64,000 bases of DNA from an uncultured Candidatus Saccharibacteria bacterium (lineage in GTDB: Bacteria; Patescibacteriota; WWE3; CAZQFB01), in NCBI GenBank assembly GCA_964592525.1, contig CAZQFB010000001.1:1212-65211 (forward strand), in the 5' to 3' direction. Below are positions 28,636 to 37,522 of this stretch, piece by piece. The position numbers and the translations under genes were made by a program. The stretch's first letter is position 1. Each line of letters opens with the position of its first letter. The notes beneath the pieces were generated by a model, which saw nothing but the letters and a program-made list of their open reading frames with translations, was not told the DNA's origin and did not search any database.

Positions 28636-28932
28636 ATGAAGTTATTTATTGATACATCAGATAGGGATAACAAGGTAATAAAAATTGGCGACCACCAACG
28701 TGGTTTTGATGGTGACTTGCTCCTGGAGATTGATTCTCTTTTAAACGAAATAGGTAAAGACGTGCACGACATTACCGAAATTGAGGTTAACAAAGGACCA
28801 GGATCGTTCACTTCGTTAAGGATCGGTGTGGCTGTGACCAATGCCCTTAATTATGCCCTTGGGCTAAAAGAGGAAACGATTACGCCAGTGTACGGTTCCC
28901 CTCCCAATATCACCACGACACACAATAAATAG
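28636..28932 (+). CDS. tsaB: Short TsaB-like protein (N-terminal domain only)
   Basis: L.IDTS...GPGSFTSLRIG; follows tsaE; start placed at ATG 28636. Confidence 0.8.
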   Translation: MKLFIDTSDRDNKVIKIGDHQRGFDGDLLLEIDSLLNEIGKDVHDITEIEVNKGPGSFTSLRIGVAVTNALNYALGLKEETITPVYGSPPNITTTHNK

Positions 28933-29042
28933 CACCATCCAGTCCTTTCCCTAGCAAGCAAACATGGTTACTTCAGCTTTTCCTCGCTACATGTTTTAGT
29001 TATTTGCTGTTAAGTCTGGAGTGATAAATAACGGGAAAATGA

Positions 29043-29085
29043 AGCAACCCCGCCTTTGGCATAGTGCCGAAAGGCGGGGTTGTGC
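29043..29085. terminator. Long hairpin between convergent genes
   Basis: gcaaccccgcctttggca-tag-tgccgaaaggcggggttgt. Confidence 0.7.
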
Positions 29086-29093
29086 GTTGCTAG

Positions 29094-29600
29094 CTATACC
29101 TCTTCCCGCTGTTCCTCATTTAGCGGGTACGCGTACTTCGTTCCGTTGAGTATGTCGGAGACGATCCCCGACGCTACCACCCAGGGTATGGGTTGATGGA
29201 CCTGGACTACCCAGGTCAGAACCCTCTCGGTGGTTCCCCGAGGCGTCTGGAGACGAATTTGCATGTACGTATAGGGGAGGGTGTTTCCTTCCTTATCCCC
29301 AATCCGCACAGCATACTCGTCTTGTTTTAGCAGGGCCTCCAGACCAACAATTCTGGAGACCTCAAAATCCAAGGTGACGCCAAGAGTCAGCGCCACCTCT
29401 TGGTTGTATGGGTCTATGACTTCAAGCCACCGCTTGATTGGATCATAGCTGAAATCTTCCCGCCACTCCGGCGGGATATCATCCAGACTGGCTGCCTGGA
29501 GGTAGGGGCGACCGAATTCATCATATCTCACGTCCCCCCCTCTGCCCGATGACTTCCTATACTTTACTCCCGCTTCTGTCAACAACACCCGTACGGACAT
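29094..29600 (-). CDS. Hypothetical protein (GC-richer islet)
   Basis: ATG 29600 preceded by SD gaaagga; upstream TTGACA at 29723-29718. Confidence 0.6.
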   Translation of the reverse strand: MSVRVLLTEAGVKYRKSSGRGGDVRYDEFGRPYLQAASLDDIPPEWREDFSYDPIKRWLEVIDPYNQEVALTLGVTLDFEVSRIVGLEALLKQDEYAVRIGDKEGNTLPYTYMQIRLQTPRGTTERVLTWVVQVHQPIPWVVASGIVSDILNGTKYAYPLNEEQREEV

Positions 29601-29793
29601 TTGCGTTTTCCTTTCTCTCTCCTTCGGGGGGTCTGCCCCGTAAGGATGGAATTGATGGCGGTGGTCCGTATCCAACCGCCTTAGGCTAGAAGACACCATA
29701 TCATAGACCCATAGTGTTGTCAAAGGGGTTGCGGTGTGTTATAGTCTTGATCAATTCAGCGTTCGGCTGAAAAGCCTTGATAAGGAGTATTCC

Positions 29794-30285
29794 GTGGCAA
29801 GCTTGTTTCTCACTAAGGACGTGGCGGAAGAGGCGTTGGATCTTTTCGCGGCTTTCTGGGAGTCCTTTGTGGCTTCTGGTAGGCCGAAGCGCTCGGATCT
29901 GCATGTGGTCATTCTGGATCCGACCATTAAGCCAAGCGCTCACACCTTTGATGAGGCTGTCCTCTGTGAGCGCTCCTTTGGGGATAGGGTGCTTTGGGAG
30001 CATCCCTATCGGATGATCGCTCGCGAGAAGGCAGAAGCTACTTGGCGTGAGGGAATGCCCAATGGTCGGATGTTGGCGGAGGCAGCCCCCTTGATCCAAG
30101 TAGGTGATACCCGCTGGGGGAGTGCCTACCACGGCATCCCCATTGTCGGTTGCAGTGGCGTACAGCCCTGGTTTGACGAGATGTGTGGGGCTTTGGTGTC
30201 TCATTTGTGCCGTGGTTTGGCCCAAGATGAGCGCCAAAAGTGCGAGGCAACTCTAGAGGGTAATTTCTACCACTCTGTGCTCTGA
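29794..30285 (+). CDS. Hypothetical protein, possibly GlcG/HbpS (haem-binding)-like
   Basis: SD aaggag then GTG 29794; IAREKA..TWR.G and VGCSGV...DE pattern. Confidence 0.55.
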   Translation: MASLFLTKDVAEEALDLFAAFWESFVASGRPKRSDLHVVILDPTIKPSAHTFDEAVLCERSFGDRVLWEHPYRMIAREKAEATWREGMPNGRMLAEAAPLIQVGDTRWGSAYHGIPIVGCSGVQPWFDEMCGALVSHLCRGLAQDERQKCEATLEGNFYHSVL

Positions 30286-30309
30286 TACCTAGCCAAAGGA
30301 GAAGAAGCA

Positions 30310-30690
30310 ATGCCCGTCGCCTATGTTTATGGTGTTATGGTTGATGGTCTGACTGATCTCTCCCAGGGGGTGTTGGCAGACTTCATTCGTCGCACGGCGG
30401 CGCCGGAGCTAGGACACTGTGCAGAAGATATGGAGGTTAGCTTCCTTGCCACCCCAGTCTTCTCACTTGGAGCGATGCCGCTGAATGTGATAGTGCTCTG
30501 GTCTACACCATGGCCTCGGAGTCAGGATGATTGGGACCAGATCGCCCGAAGGAGAGACTCCTGTTTAAGGGCCCTACGGGTGCTATTCAAAGCACCCGAA
30601 TTGTTGGAATATATGGGAGAAGCCACAGGACGAGTCTTGGTTGAAGCGTGGCCAAGACCGGGCTGTAACTTCCAGCTCTTTCCTCTGTAG
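30310..30690 (+). CDS. Hypothetical protein
   Basis: SD aaggag upstream; followed by a terminator hairpin. Confidence 0.55.
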   Translation: MPVAYVYGVMVDGLTDLSQGVLADFIRRTAAPELGHCAEDMEVSFLATPVFSLGAMPLNVIVLWSTPWPRSQDDWDQIARRRDSCLRALRVLFKAPELLEYMGEATGRVLVEAWPRPGCNFQLFPL

Positions 30691-30694
30691 TTTC

Positions 30695-30730
30695 AGGCCC
30701 GATTGGCACAAGCCAGTCGGGCCTTTGTTC
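30695..30730 (+). terminator. Intrinsic terminator
   Basis: aggcccgattggc-acaa-gccagtcgggcct-ttgtt. Confidence 0.7.
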
Positions 30731-30780
30731 CTCAAACCCCATAGTAGTAATCATCCTTTTTATATGGTATATTCACCTTT

Positions 30781-31351
30781 GCAGGAAGATGCACGGTCGC
30801 TGTTTTTTGTCATTAGGTTTTAGTGGTTAGGTTCTAGTAGGATTTCCTAAATTAAGGGACCTGCCATGTGAAGCCTTTCACCCTCCTTAGTTTTTGCGAA
30901 GAAGGGGTGGCGAAGGATGGAGGAAAGTCCAGACAGCATAGAGCAAGGGGTCGGGCCGTAAGTCCCGATGCGTAAGCACTGGTGTCTCTTTTCCGAAAGG
31001 AAAAGAGGATAGAGAGGGCATCAACCCTTTCTAAGACCCACAGAGACAATACGAGACCTAAGGCATTAGCTATGGTCAAAAGGTGAAAAGCCATGAACCA
31101 CATCAGGTTCTAGTTAAGGGAATCCCACCCGCTGCAATCCACGACCCTGCCGATGAAAGGCTGCTCGTCATGGGATCGCTTTTGTGATCAATCGGTAGAA
31201 AGTTGGAGCATTAGATAGATGACCGTTACCCAGCTCTTGGTAGCTGACACCCCACTTCGTTCGCCTTTGGCGAACTTTGAAGAGGTTAAGCACCGCTAAG
31301 AACGCCTTGCGTTCAAGAGTTGCTAAACAGAATCTGGCTTACTCTTCCCGC
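30781..31351 (+). ncRNA. rnpB: RNase P RNA, enlarged (~570 nt)
   Basis: P1 ggaaga(30784)/tcttcc(31343); P2 acggtc(30793)/gaccgt(31221); GAGGAAAGTCC 30920-30930; P4 aagtccaga/tctggctt; ACAGAGA; CCCACCCGCTGCAA; TAGATAGATGA; ACAGAATCTGGCTTA 31327-31341. Confidence 0.93.
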
Positions 31352-31359
31352 TCAATGAA

Positions 31360-31398
31360 GACCAGGCTCCCCGCCGAATTGGCGGGGAGCCTCTGGTC
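31360..31398. terminator. Hairpin downstream of rnpB, between convergent transcripts
   Basis: aggctccccgcc-gaatt-ggcggggagcct. Confidence 0.7.
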
Positions 31399-31495
31399 AA
31401 ATTAGTGCGCTGACCCTTTGTCCCCGGTATTAAAAATTTTCAGGAAAAAGTTATTTAGCTTGTTTTAGAGGGGATGTTTTCTTAGGCAGCTGATA

Positions 31496-32518
31496 CTACC
31501 TAACTTGGTTGGCTTTTTTAGCTCTTGGTTTTAAACCAAACATTTCTCCATATAGTTCCGTAAAAACTAAATAGGCAATTAGAGCAGAAGGCACGGCTAG
31601 GATAACGCCAATTATCCCAAATAACGCACCCCCAACAAGTAGCAGGATTAAAGTTACTAAAGGGTTCAGACCGACTGTTTTTTTCATCACTGTGGGTACT
31701 AAAATATTATTTTCGGTTTGCTGGATAATGGTGTATAACAAAGCCACTCCCAAGACGGTCCAGGGACCACTGGAAAGCGCCACAATTAAAGCGGGAATTG
31801 CAGACAGAATTGGTCCGATGACCGGTACTATTTCTAGTACCCCAGCAACCAAAGCTAAGGATAAGGCATATTCCACCTTTAACATGACCAGACCAAGATA
31901 AGTTAAGACGCCGATAATCATGCCTAATAATAACTGACCTCTAATATAAGCACCTAAAATGTTTTCAATGGAACCGACTAAATTTTCCGCTAACACCTTT
32001 TTACTCATAGGAAACAGACTAATAAAAAGCTTCTTGACCGCATCAAATTCAACTAAAAGGTAAAAAGTAAAAACAAAGATCGAAAGCACAAACAGAAAAT
32101 TAGAAAATATTCCCAAAGTGGCACTGATCACATTGTTGGAATTGGCGTTTAGCTGACCACTAAAAAAATCTTGGAGTTGTCCTTGGAAGGGATCTTCTTT
32201 TACACCTAACTGTTCTTCAATAAAGATGGGGAGATAATCCAAAAGCTTATTCATTTGCGAGGTAATCGGTTTAATACCCGCGACTCCAACCGATCCCAGA
32301 AAAGAGAGTATGACTAGATAAAGTATGGCTGTGCTCATGCCTCGTGGGATTTTTCTCTCCTGCGCCCAATCAATAATTGGCGTGAGCATTAAGGTTAGCA
32401 GCAAAGAGACAAACAGCGCGAAAATAACCGGGAAAACTTGAATGGTTACCCACACCCCCAAAACTATCAAAAGCAATGCAACTAATGTCTGACCGGTAAC
32501 TACTATTTGTTTGTCCAT
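31496..32518 (-). CDS. AI-2E family transporter
   Basis: YIRGQL, EIVPVIGP, QQTENNILVP.VM...GLNP, ILAVP. Confidence 0.9.
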   Translation of the reverse strand: MDKQIVVTGQTLVALLLIVLGVWVTIQVFPVIFALFVSLLLTLMLTPIIDWAQERKIPRGMSTAILYLVILSFLGSVGVAGIKPITSQMNKLLDYLPIFIEEQLGVKEDPFQGQLQDFFSGQLNANSNNVISATLGIFSNFLFVLSIFVFTFYLLVEFDAVKKLFISLFPMSKKVLAENLVGSIENILGAYIRGQLLLGMIIGVLTYLGLVMLKVEYALSLALVAGVLEIVPVIGPILSAIPALIVALSSGPWTVLGVALLYTIIQQTENNILVPTVMKKTVGLNPLVTLILLLVGGALFGIIGVILAVPSALIAYLVFTELYGEMFGLKPRAKKANQVR

Positions 32519-33477
32519 GGTTTTTTAAATTCTCCTAAATATGATTCTACCAGTACCTTGATTTTTTGACCAAACTCTTTTGGGTTATCTTCTTGGTCCG
32601 CGATATCAAACCACTTGATGCGTGTATCTCTTTTAAACCAAGTCATTTGTCTTTTGGCATACTGGTGTTCGGCGATGTTTTTATTCTCCACAGCTTCCTC
32701 TAAGGCTTGTTCCCCAAGAATATGTGGGATAAATTGCCTATAACCAATGGCATCAAGAGCAGGCGCTTCCGGGCCGTACTTAAGTAATAATAATCGTACT
32801 TCGTCCAACAAACCCTCTTCCAACATATAATCTGTTCGTTCATCTATTAGTTTGTCTAAGGTTTCTTTGTCTGATGATAGTCCTATCATGAGCGGTTTGG
32901 TGTTTAATCCCTCCGGCGCGGTAGGTATACCCACCTTTTTTTTATATTCGGCTCTTTCAATTGCCCGTACTAACCTTCTCTTGTTTTTTTGGTCAATGGT
33001 TTTATAAGACTTGATGTCAATATTTTTTAGAATCTGCCCCAGCTTTTCCAGTGAGAGTAACTCTAAACCTTCTCTTAAATTGGGGTTGGGTGGTATTTGT
33101 TCGATCATTTTATCTTCCAAAACAGCACTAATATAGAATCCGGTGCCGCCAACTAGTAAAGGTAGTTTGTTTCTTGCCCAAACCTGATTAATGATCTGGA
33201 TAGCCATATCTCGGTACTTAATAACCGTGATTTGTTCACTTGGTTTCAGGATATTGTAGAGGTGAATGGGGATGCCTTCCTCAAGCCAGATGCTACCTTC
33301 TATAACCACATTACTTTTATTGATGGCACCTCTACCAGAACCGATATCTAGCTCTGTGTAGATTTGTCTGCTGTCGGCGGAAATAATTTCACCGTTGAAT
33401 TGCTGCGCTAGTTTAATCGCTGTGGTTGTTTTACCGGTAGCCGTTGGTCCACAGATAACCACTAAAGGTTTCATCAT
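32503..33477 (-). CDS. miaA: tRNA dimethylallyltransferase
   Basis: GPTATGKT, SADSRQIY, VGGTGFY, YAKRQMTWF. Confidence 0.96.
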   Translation of the reverse strand: MMKPLVVICGPTATGKTTTAIKLAQQFNGEIISADSRQIYTELDIGSGRGAINKSNVVIEGSIWLEEGIPIHLYNILKPSEQITVIKYRDMAIQIINQVWARNKLPLLVGGTGFYISAVLEDKMIEQIPPNPNLREGLELLSLEKLGQILKNIDIKSYKTIDQKNKRRLVRAIERAEYKKKVGIPTAPEGLNTKPLMIGLSSDKETLDKLIDERTDYMLEEGLLDEVRLLLLKYGPEAPALDAIGYRQFIPHILGEQALEEAVENKNIAEHQYAKRQMTWFKRDTRIKWFDIADQEDNPKEFGQKIKVLVESYLGEFKKPWTNK

Positions 33478-33486
33478 TAAAAATAT

Positions 33487-34638
33487 TTATAGCCTATATT
33501 GTTTAATTATGTCACTTAGCATAGCATGCCGTTGTTTTTTAATCTTTAAAGGGATATTGTCTTTCTCAAATTTGTAAGCATTTGTACCTATTCTGGGTGA
33601 GTACATGGAAATATAAGCTAAGGTGAAATGAACTTTTTTGCATAGTGCCACTGTATTTTGGAAAGCCCTTTCATCTTCTCCCGGAAAACCAACAATAATA
33701 TCCGTACTAATTTGGATATCTGGTACTTCGCGCTTGATATTTTCAACGAGCGTTAAAAAATCCTGTTTAGTGTGCCGACGATTCATTTTTTTTAAAATTG
33801 TGTTATCACCTGATTGCACGGCTAGATGAAGTTGGCGATCAATTTTGGGCCAGGCCAACGTGCGGACTAAATCCATCGTGAAATCAAAAGGATTGCTGGA
33901 AAGGAAACTAATCTTGTTAAGTTTTTCAAGCTGGTGAAGCTCTCGCAATAACGCAGCAAAAGGTAGGCTCTCGTTTGAATTAGCCCTAATCGCGAGTTTT
34001 TGCTTTAAGTCTTTAATACCCCACGAATTAACATTTTGACCCAGTAAGGTTAGATGGCTATAACCCTCTTTCGTTAACTGGGTAGCTTTTTTAAGAATGG
34101 CGGTTTGACTCCTTGATATTTCTGGACCGCGCGCGTATGGAACCACACAATAGGTACAAAAATTATCACAACCATTAGAAATGGGCAGATAGGCATGCTC
34201 ATCCATATCCCGCTTCGGTCTAAAGGAGTGTTGCATAACCAAAGCTGGCAATTTCAAAATCCCCTTCTGACCTAATTGATTAATAAAACAGGCAAAATCA
34301 TTAGTTTCTACCAGATAATCAACCCAAGGTATTTTTTTTAGCAGAGCCTTTTCTGACCATCTTCGTCTTTCTCCTCTAACACTACCAACTAAACAGCCAG
34401 TGAGTACTACTACCGCTTGGGGGTTGTTGTTCTTTAATAGTTTTATTTTAGGAGCTAAACCATAGACCTTATCTTCAGCAGCTTGCCGGACAGAACAAGT
34501 ATTGATAAGCAAGAGGTCACACTCTAGCAGATGAGTAGTTCTCGACATACCCACACCTTCAAGTATCCCCGCCATATTTTCACTGTCGGCGATATTCATT
34601 TGGCAACCATAAGTGAGAAGATGATATTTTTTAAGCAT
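33487..34638 (-). CDS. miaB: MiaB-type tRNA methylthiotransferase (no obvious TRAM domain)
   Basis: TYGCQMN, NTCSVR, GCDNFCTYCVVPYARG, LGQNVN, TDIIVGFPGE; adjacent to miaA. Confidence 0.88.
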   Translation of the reverse strand: MLKKYHLLTYGCQMNIADSENMAGILEGVGMSRTTHLLECDLLLINTCSVRQAAEDKVYGLAPKIKLLKNNNPQAVVVLTGCLVGSVRGERRRWSEKALLKKIPWVDYLVETNDFACFINQLGQKGILKLPALVMQHSFRPKRDMDEHAYLPISNGCDNFCTYCVVPYARGPEISRSQTAILKKATQLTKEGYSHLTLLGQNVNSWGIKDLKQKLAIRANSNESLPFAALLRELHQLEKLNKISFLSSNPFDFTMDLVRTLAWPKIDRQLHLAVQSGDNTILKKMNRRHTKQDFLTLVENIKREVPDIQISTDIIVGFPGEDERAFQNTVALCKKVHFTLAYISMYSPRIGTNAYKFEKDNIPLKIKKQRHAMLSDIIKQYRL

Positions 34639-34704
34639 ACTCTGATCTTAACTTGGGGATTATAGCTTTAAATCAGCTAAAGATGAAATTACTAGAAGTA
34701 GTGT

Positions 34705-35928
34705 ATGATGGGATTGATGGAGTTTAAATCAATTTTAACGGAGAAGGTAACCGCGAAAAAAGTGCTTTACCGAGCTCCCTTTGATATCGCTGTTCATGAA
34801 GAAAAAGGGGAGTACCAATTAAATGACTTATCACGGATAGAGGCTTGTTTACCAACGCTAAGATTTTTGCTGTCCCAAAAATGCCAAGTGGTTATTTTAA
34901 CCTATGTGGGGCGACCAGAAGGTAAAGTGGTGGCTAGTTTAAGAACTAATCCACACGCGCTAGCTCTGGAAAAAATGTTGGCAGTTAAGGTGACTAAGTT
35001 AGACGATTGTGTGGGAGATACCGTAACCGCATATCTTAAACAGCAGGGGGAAAAGGAAGTGGTGATGTTAGAAAACACTCGTTTCCATCCTGAAGAGATG
35101 GTTGATGATGATAATTTTGCCAAAGAACTAGCTAAAAATGGGGAGCTGGTGGTGTTTGATGCTTTTCCCCAAGCGCATCGAGCCCATGCTTCAGTGACCG
35201 GTATAATGCGCCACTTACCTAGTTTGGCTGGTTATTACTTTCTGCGGGAAGTTAAGGCTTTGTCTTCTTTATTTGAGGTGGTGGCTCATCCATTGGTGAT
35301 CGTGATTGGTGGCGTGAAATTATCGGAAAAAATTGGGGTGATTGAAAATTTGCACACCCAAGTAGATTATTTTCTGCTGGGTGGCGGGGTAGCCAATATA
35401 TTTCTGCAGGCTAAAGGGATAGAAGTGGCGGACTCAATTAGGGAAGAAAAGAATGTGACTACGGTGGGGAGTGTTGATTGGCTAAGGAAAGCGCAGGAAT
35501 TGCTCTCTACTGAAGCTAAGATTGTCCTGCCTACTGATGTAGTGGTAAAAACAGCCACCCACCAGCAGCAGCTATTGCCAACAGATAGGAATATACCAGC
35601 AGGTGGCAAAATTGTAGACATTGGTGCAGAAACAGTTAAGAACTACCAACAGCTATTAAAAGGTGCAGCGACAATATTTTGGAATGGTCCTTTGGGTTTG
35701 ATTGAAGAACCGCCTTTTGATCAGGGTTCAAGACAAATAGCGCAAATAATTGAGCAAGTAGCTGGCACCACGATAGTCGCTGGTGGCGATACTATTGGGT
35801 TGGTCAATAAAGAGAAAGTGTCTCATGTCAGCTTGGCTGGGGGAGCAACCTTAGAGTTTTTATCGGGTAAAAAATTACCGGCTGTGGAAATGTTAAAGCT
35901 TAATCATTCATCGTACCCAAAAGAGTAA
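34705..35928 (+). CDS. pgk: Phosphoglycerate kinase
   Basis: LENTRFHPEE, HRAHAS, DIG, WNGPLG, GGDT, GGATLEFLSGKKLP. Confidence 0.95.
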   Translation: MMGLMEFKSILTEKVTAKKVLYRAPFDIAVHEEKGEYQLNDLSRIEACLPTLRFLLSQKCQVVILTYVGRPEGKVVASLRTNPHALALEKMLAVKVTKLDDCVGDTVTAYLKQQGEKEVVMLENTRFHPEEMVDDDNFAKELAKNGELVVFDAFPQAHRAHASVTGIMRHLPSLAGYYFLREVKALSSLFEVVAHPLVIVIGGVKLSEKIGVIENLHTQVDYFLLGGGVANIFLQAKGIEVADSIREEKNVTTVGSVDWLRKAQELLSTEAKIVLPTDVVVKTATHQQQLLPTDRNIPAGGKIVDIGAETVKNYQQLLKGAATIFWNGPLGLIEEPPFDQGSRQIAQIIEQVAGTTIVAGGDTIGLVNKEKVSHVSLAGGATLEFLSGKKLPAVEMLKLNHSSYPKE

Positions 35929-36317
35929 CGGTGACTAGGGTTAGAAGATTCTTGGTCAGGTGCAGCATCTATTTCTGGTAAGGTGGTGTCTGGTTCTTCT
36001 GTGGTTTTGCTGGTTAAGGAATTAAGTAATTGTTTAAAAATGCTACCATCTTTTTTTAGTGTTTGAGACACTCTCACCACTGTAGTGGTGCTCACTTCAG
36101 CTTCTCCCGCGACACTTCGTACATCCATACCCGAATGTAATAACCGAGCAATATACCATCTTTTTTTAATCATCCTTATTTCCGAGGGGGTGAGCAGTTC
36201 TGCCAGGAACTTTTTGCCGTCTTGAGAATCTTGACAGATCTTAGCTAGTTGATCAAAAAAGACGAAGGTTTCTTTAATGTATCTTTCGTGGTTGAGATCT
36301 TCTTGTGGTTTGGACAT
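35904..36317 (-). CDS. TrpR-like (YerC/YecD) HTH protein
   Basis: LLTPSE.....RW.IA..L..G......VSTTTVVRV; start placed at ATG 36317. Confidence 0.8.
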   Translation of the reverse strand: MSKPQEDLNHERYIKETFVFFDQLAKICQDSQDGKKFLAELLTPSEIRMIKKRWYIARLLHSGMDVRSVAGEAEVSTTTVVRVSQTLKKDGSIFKQLLNSLTSKTTEEPDTTLPEIDAAPDQESSNPSHRYSFGYDE

Positions 36318-36364
36318 TGTATGTATTAACACACACCAGGTGTTCCGGTGTCAAGGCTTTTTAA

Positions 36365-36396
36365 CACAAAACCCCGCCAAGAGGCGGGGTTTGTGC
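36365..36396 (-). terminator. Terminator downstream of HU
   Basis: aaaccccgcc-aaga-ggcggggttt. Confidence 0.75.
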
Positions 36397-36412
36397 TTTA
36401 CAAATCAAGGTT

Positions 36413-36685
36413 TTAACGGACAGTGTCCTTAAGACCTTTACCTGCTTTGAAGTGGGGCACTTTAGTTGCAGGAATGTGAATTGGTTCTCCCGTCTGGGGG
36501 TTGCGACCCATACGTGCCTGGCGACTGCGGACTTCAAAAGTACCGAAACCAGTGATGGTTACTTTGTCACCTTTGGCTAAAGCAGCACCAATGGCATCCA
36601 GCATTGATTCTAGGGCACGTCCAGCATCAGCCTTGGTCAAACCAACTTGGCTGGCTACGCGATCAACTAAATCGACTTTTGTCAT
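36413..36685 (-). CDS. hup: DNA-binding protein HU
   Basis: GFGTFEVR.R.AR.GRNPQTGE.I.IPA...P.FKAGK.LKD. Confidence 0.96.
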   Translation of the reverse strand: MTKVDLVDRVASQVGLTKADAGRALESMLDAIGAALAKGDKVTITGFGTFEVRSRQARMGRNPQTGEPIHIPATKVPHFKAGKGLKDTVR

Positions 36686-36730
36686 TTAGATTCACCCCCT
36701 TTCATAAGTTCTTTTAGCACAAGACTCAAT

Positions 36731-37522
36731 TTACTTTATAACACGATCAACCCGTTCAATGGCAACGGTTTTTCCGTTTTTGTCATCAATCTTTAACAAA
36801 ACACTATTAAACACTACTGGGCTGCCCTCTTCCACCCAAGTGAATTTGGTTGGAAACGGCAAGGTTAAAGCCTTAAGAGTGCAATAAGGATCAACCCCCA
36901 AAACCGAATGTTGGGTTCCAACCATACCGACATCAGTCACGTACCCCGTACCTTGCGGCATTATCCAGCAATCAGCGGTGGGTACATGGGTGTGGGTGCC
37001 AAAAACAGCAGAAACCCGACCGTCTACGTACCACCCCAGGGCGACTTTTTCGGAAGTGACTTCGGCGTGAAAATCAACTAGCGTGATAGCCACGTCAGAG
37101 GATTGTTCTTCTTGGAGGATGGTTTCAATTGCTTTGTAAGGACAATCAACAGGTTGATTTATTAAAGTGCGTCCGAGTAGATTAATGATTAATATCTTTA
37201 GGCCATTCGGTGTCTCTAACACACTAAAACCTCTCCCCGGGACAGGGTGAGAATAATTGGCAGGACGAATAATGGGCAGTGTTGGATCATCGAGAAGGTG
37301 ATGCTGACCATGCCAAATATGGTTACCCGAAGTAAAGAAATCAACCCCACTTGCGAGTAACTCTTTTAGGATAGTGCTATTGGTGCCACGACCACCTGCA
37401 GAATTCTCAATGTTCGCTAGAACAAAATCAATACTAGCAACTTCCCTTATTTTTGGCAATATTTCAGTAACGGCAGCAACGCCTGGTTTGGCTACTATGT
37501 CACCAATAAAAAGAATGTTCAT
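36731..37522 (-). CDS. ymdB: YmdB-family metallophosphoesterase
   Basis: GDIV, NIEN.AGG.G, TSGNH, DFHAE.TSEK, GTHTHV.TAD; follows rny. Confidence 0.92.
   Translation of the reverse strand: MNILFIGDIVAKPGVAAVTEILPKIREVASIDFVLANIENSAGGRGTNSTILKELLASGVDFFTSGNHIWHGQHHLLDDPTLPIIRPANYSHPVPGRGFSVLETPNGLKILIINLLGRTLINQPVDCPYKAIETILQEEQSSDVAITLVDFHAEVTSEKVALGWYVDGRVSAVFGTHTHVPTADCWIMPQGTGYVTDVGMVGTQHSVLGVDPYCTLKALTLPFPTKFTWVEEGSPVVFNSVLLKIDDKNGKTVAIERVDRVIK

Noticed and set aside
29701-30237. 178-aa minus-strand ORF
   Set aside because: Shadow of the plus-strand gene, which has an SD and protein-like motifs
30852-31103. 83-aa minus-strand ORF
   Set aside because: Antisense to the RNase P RNA core
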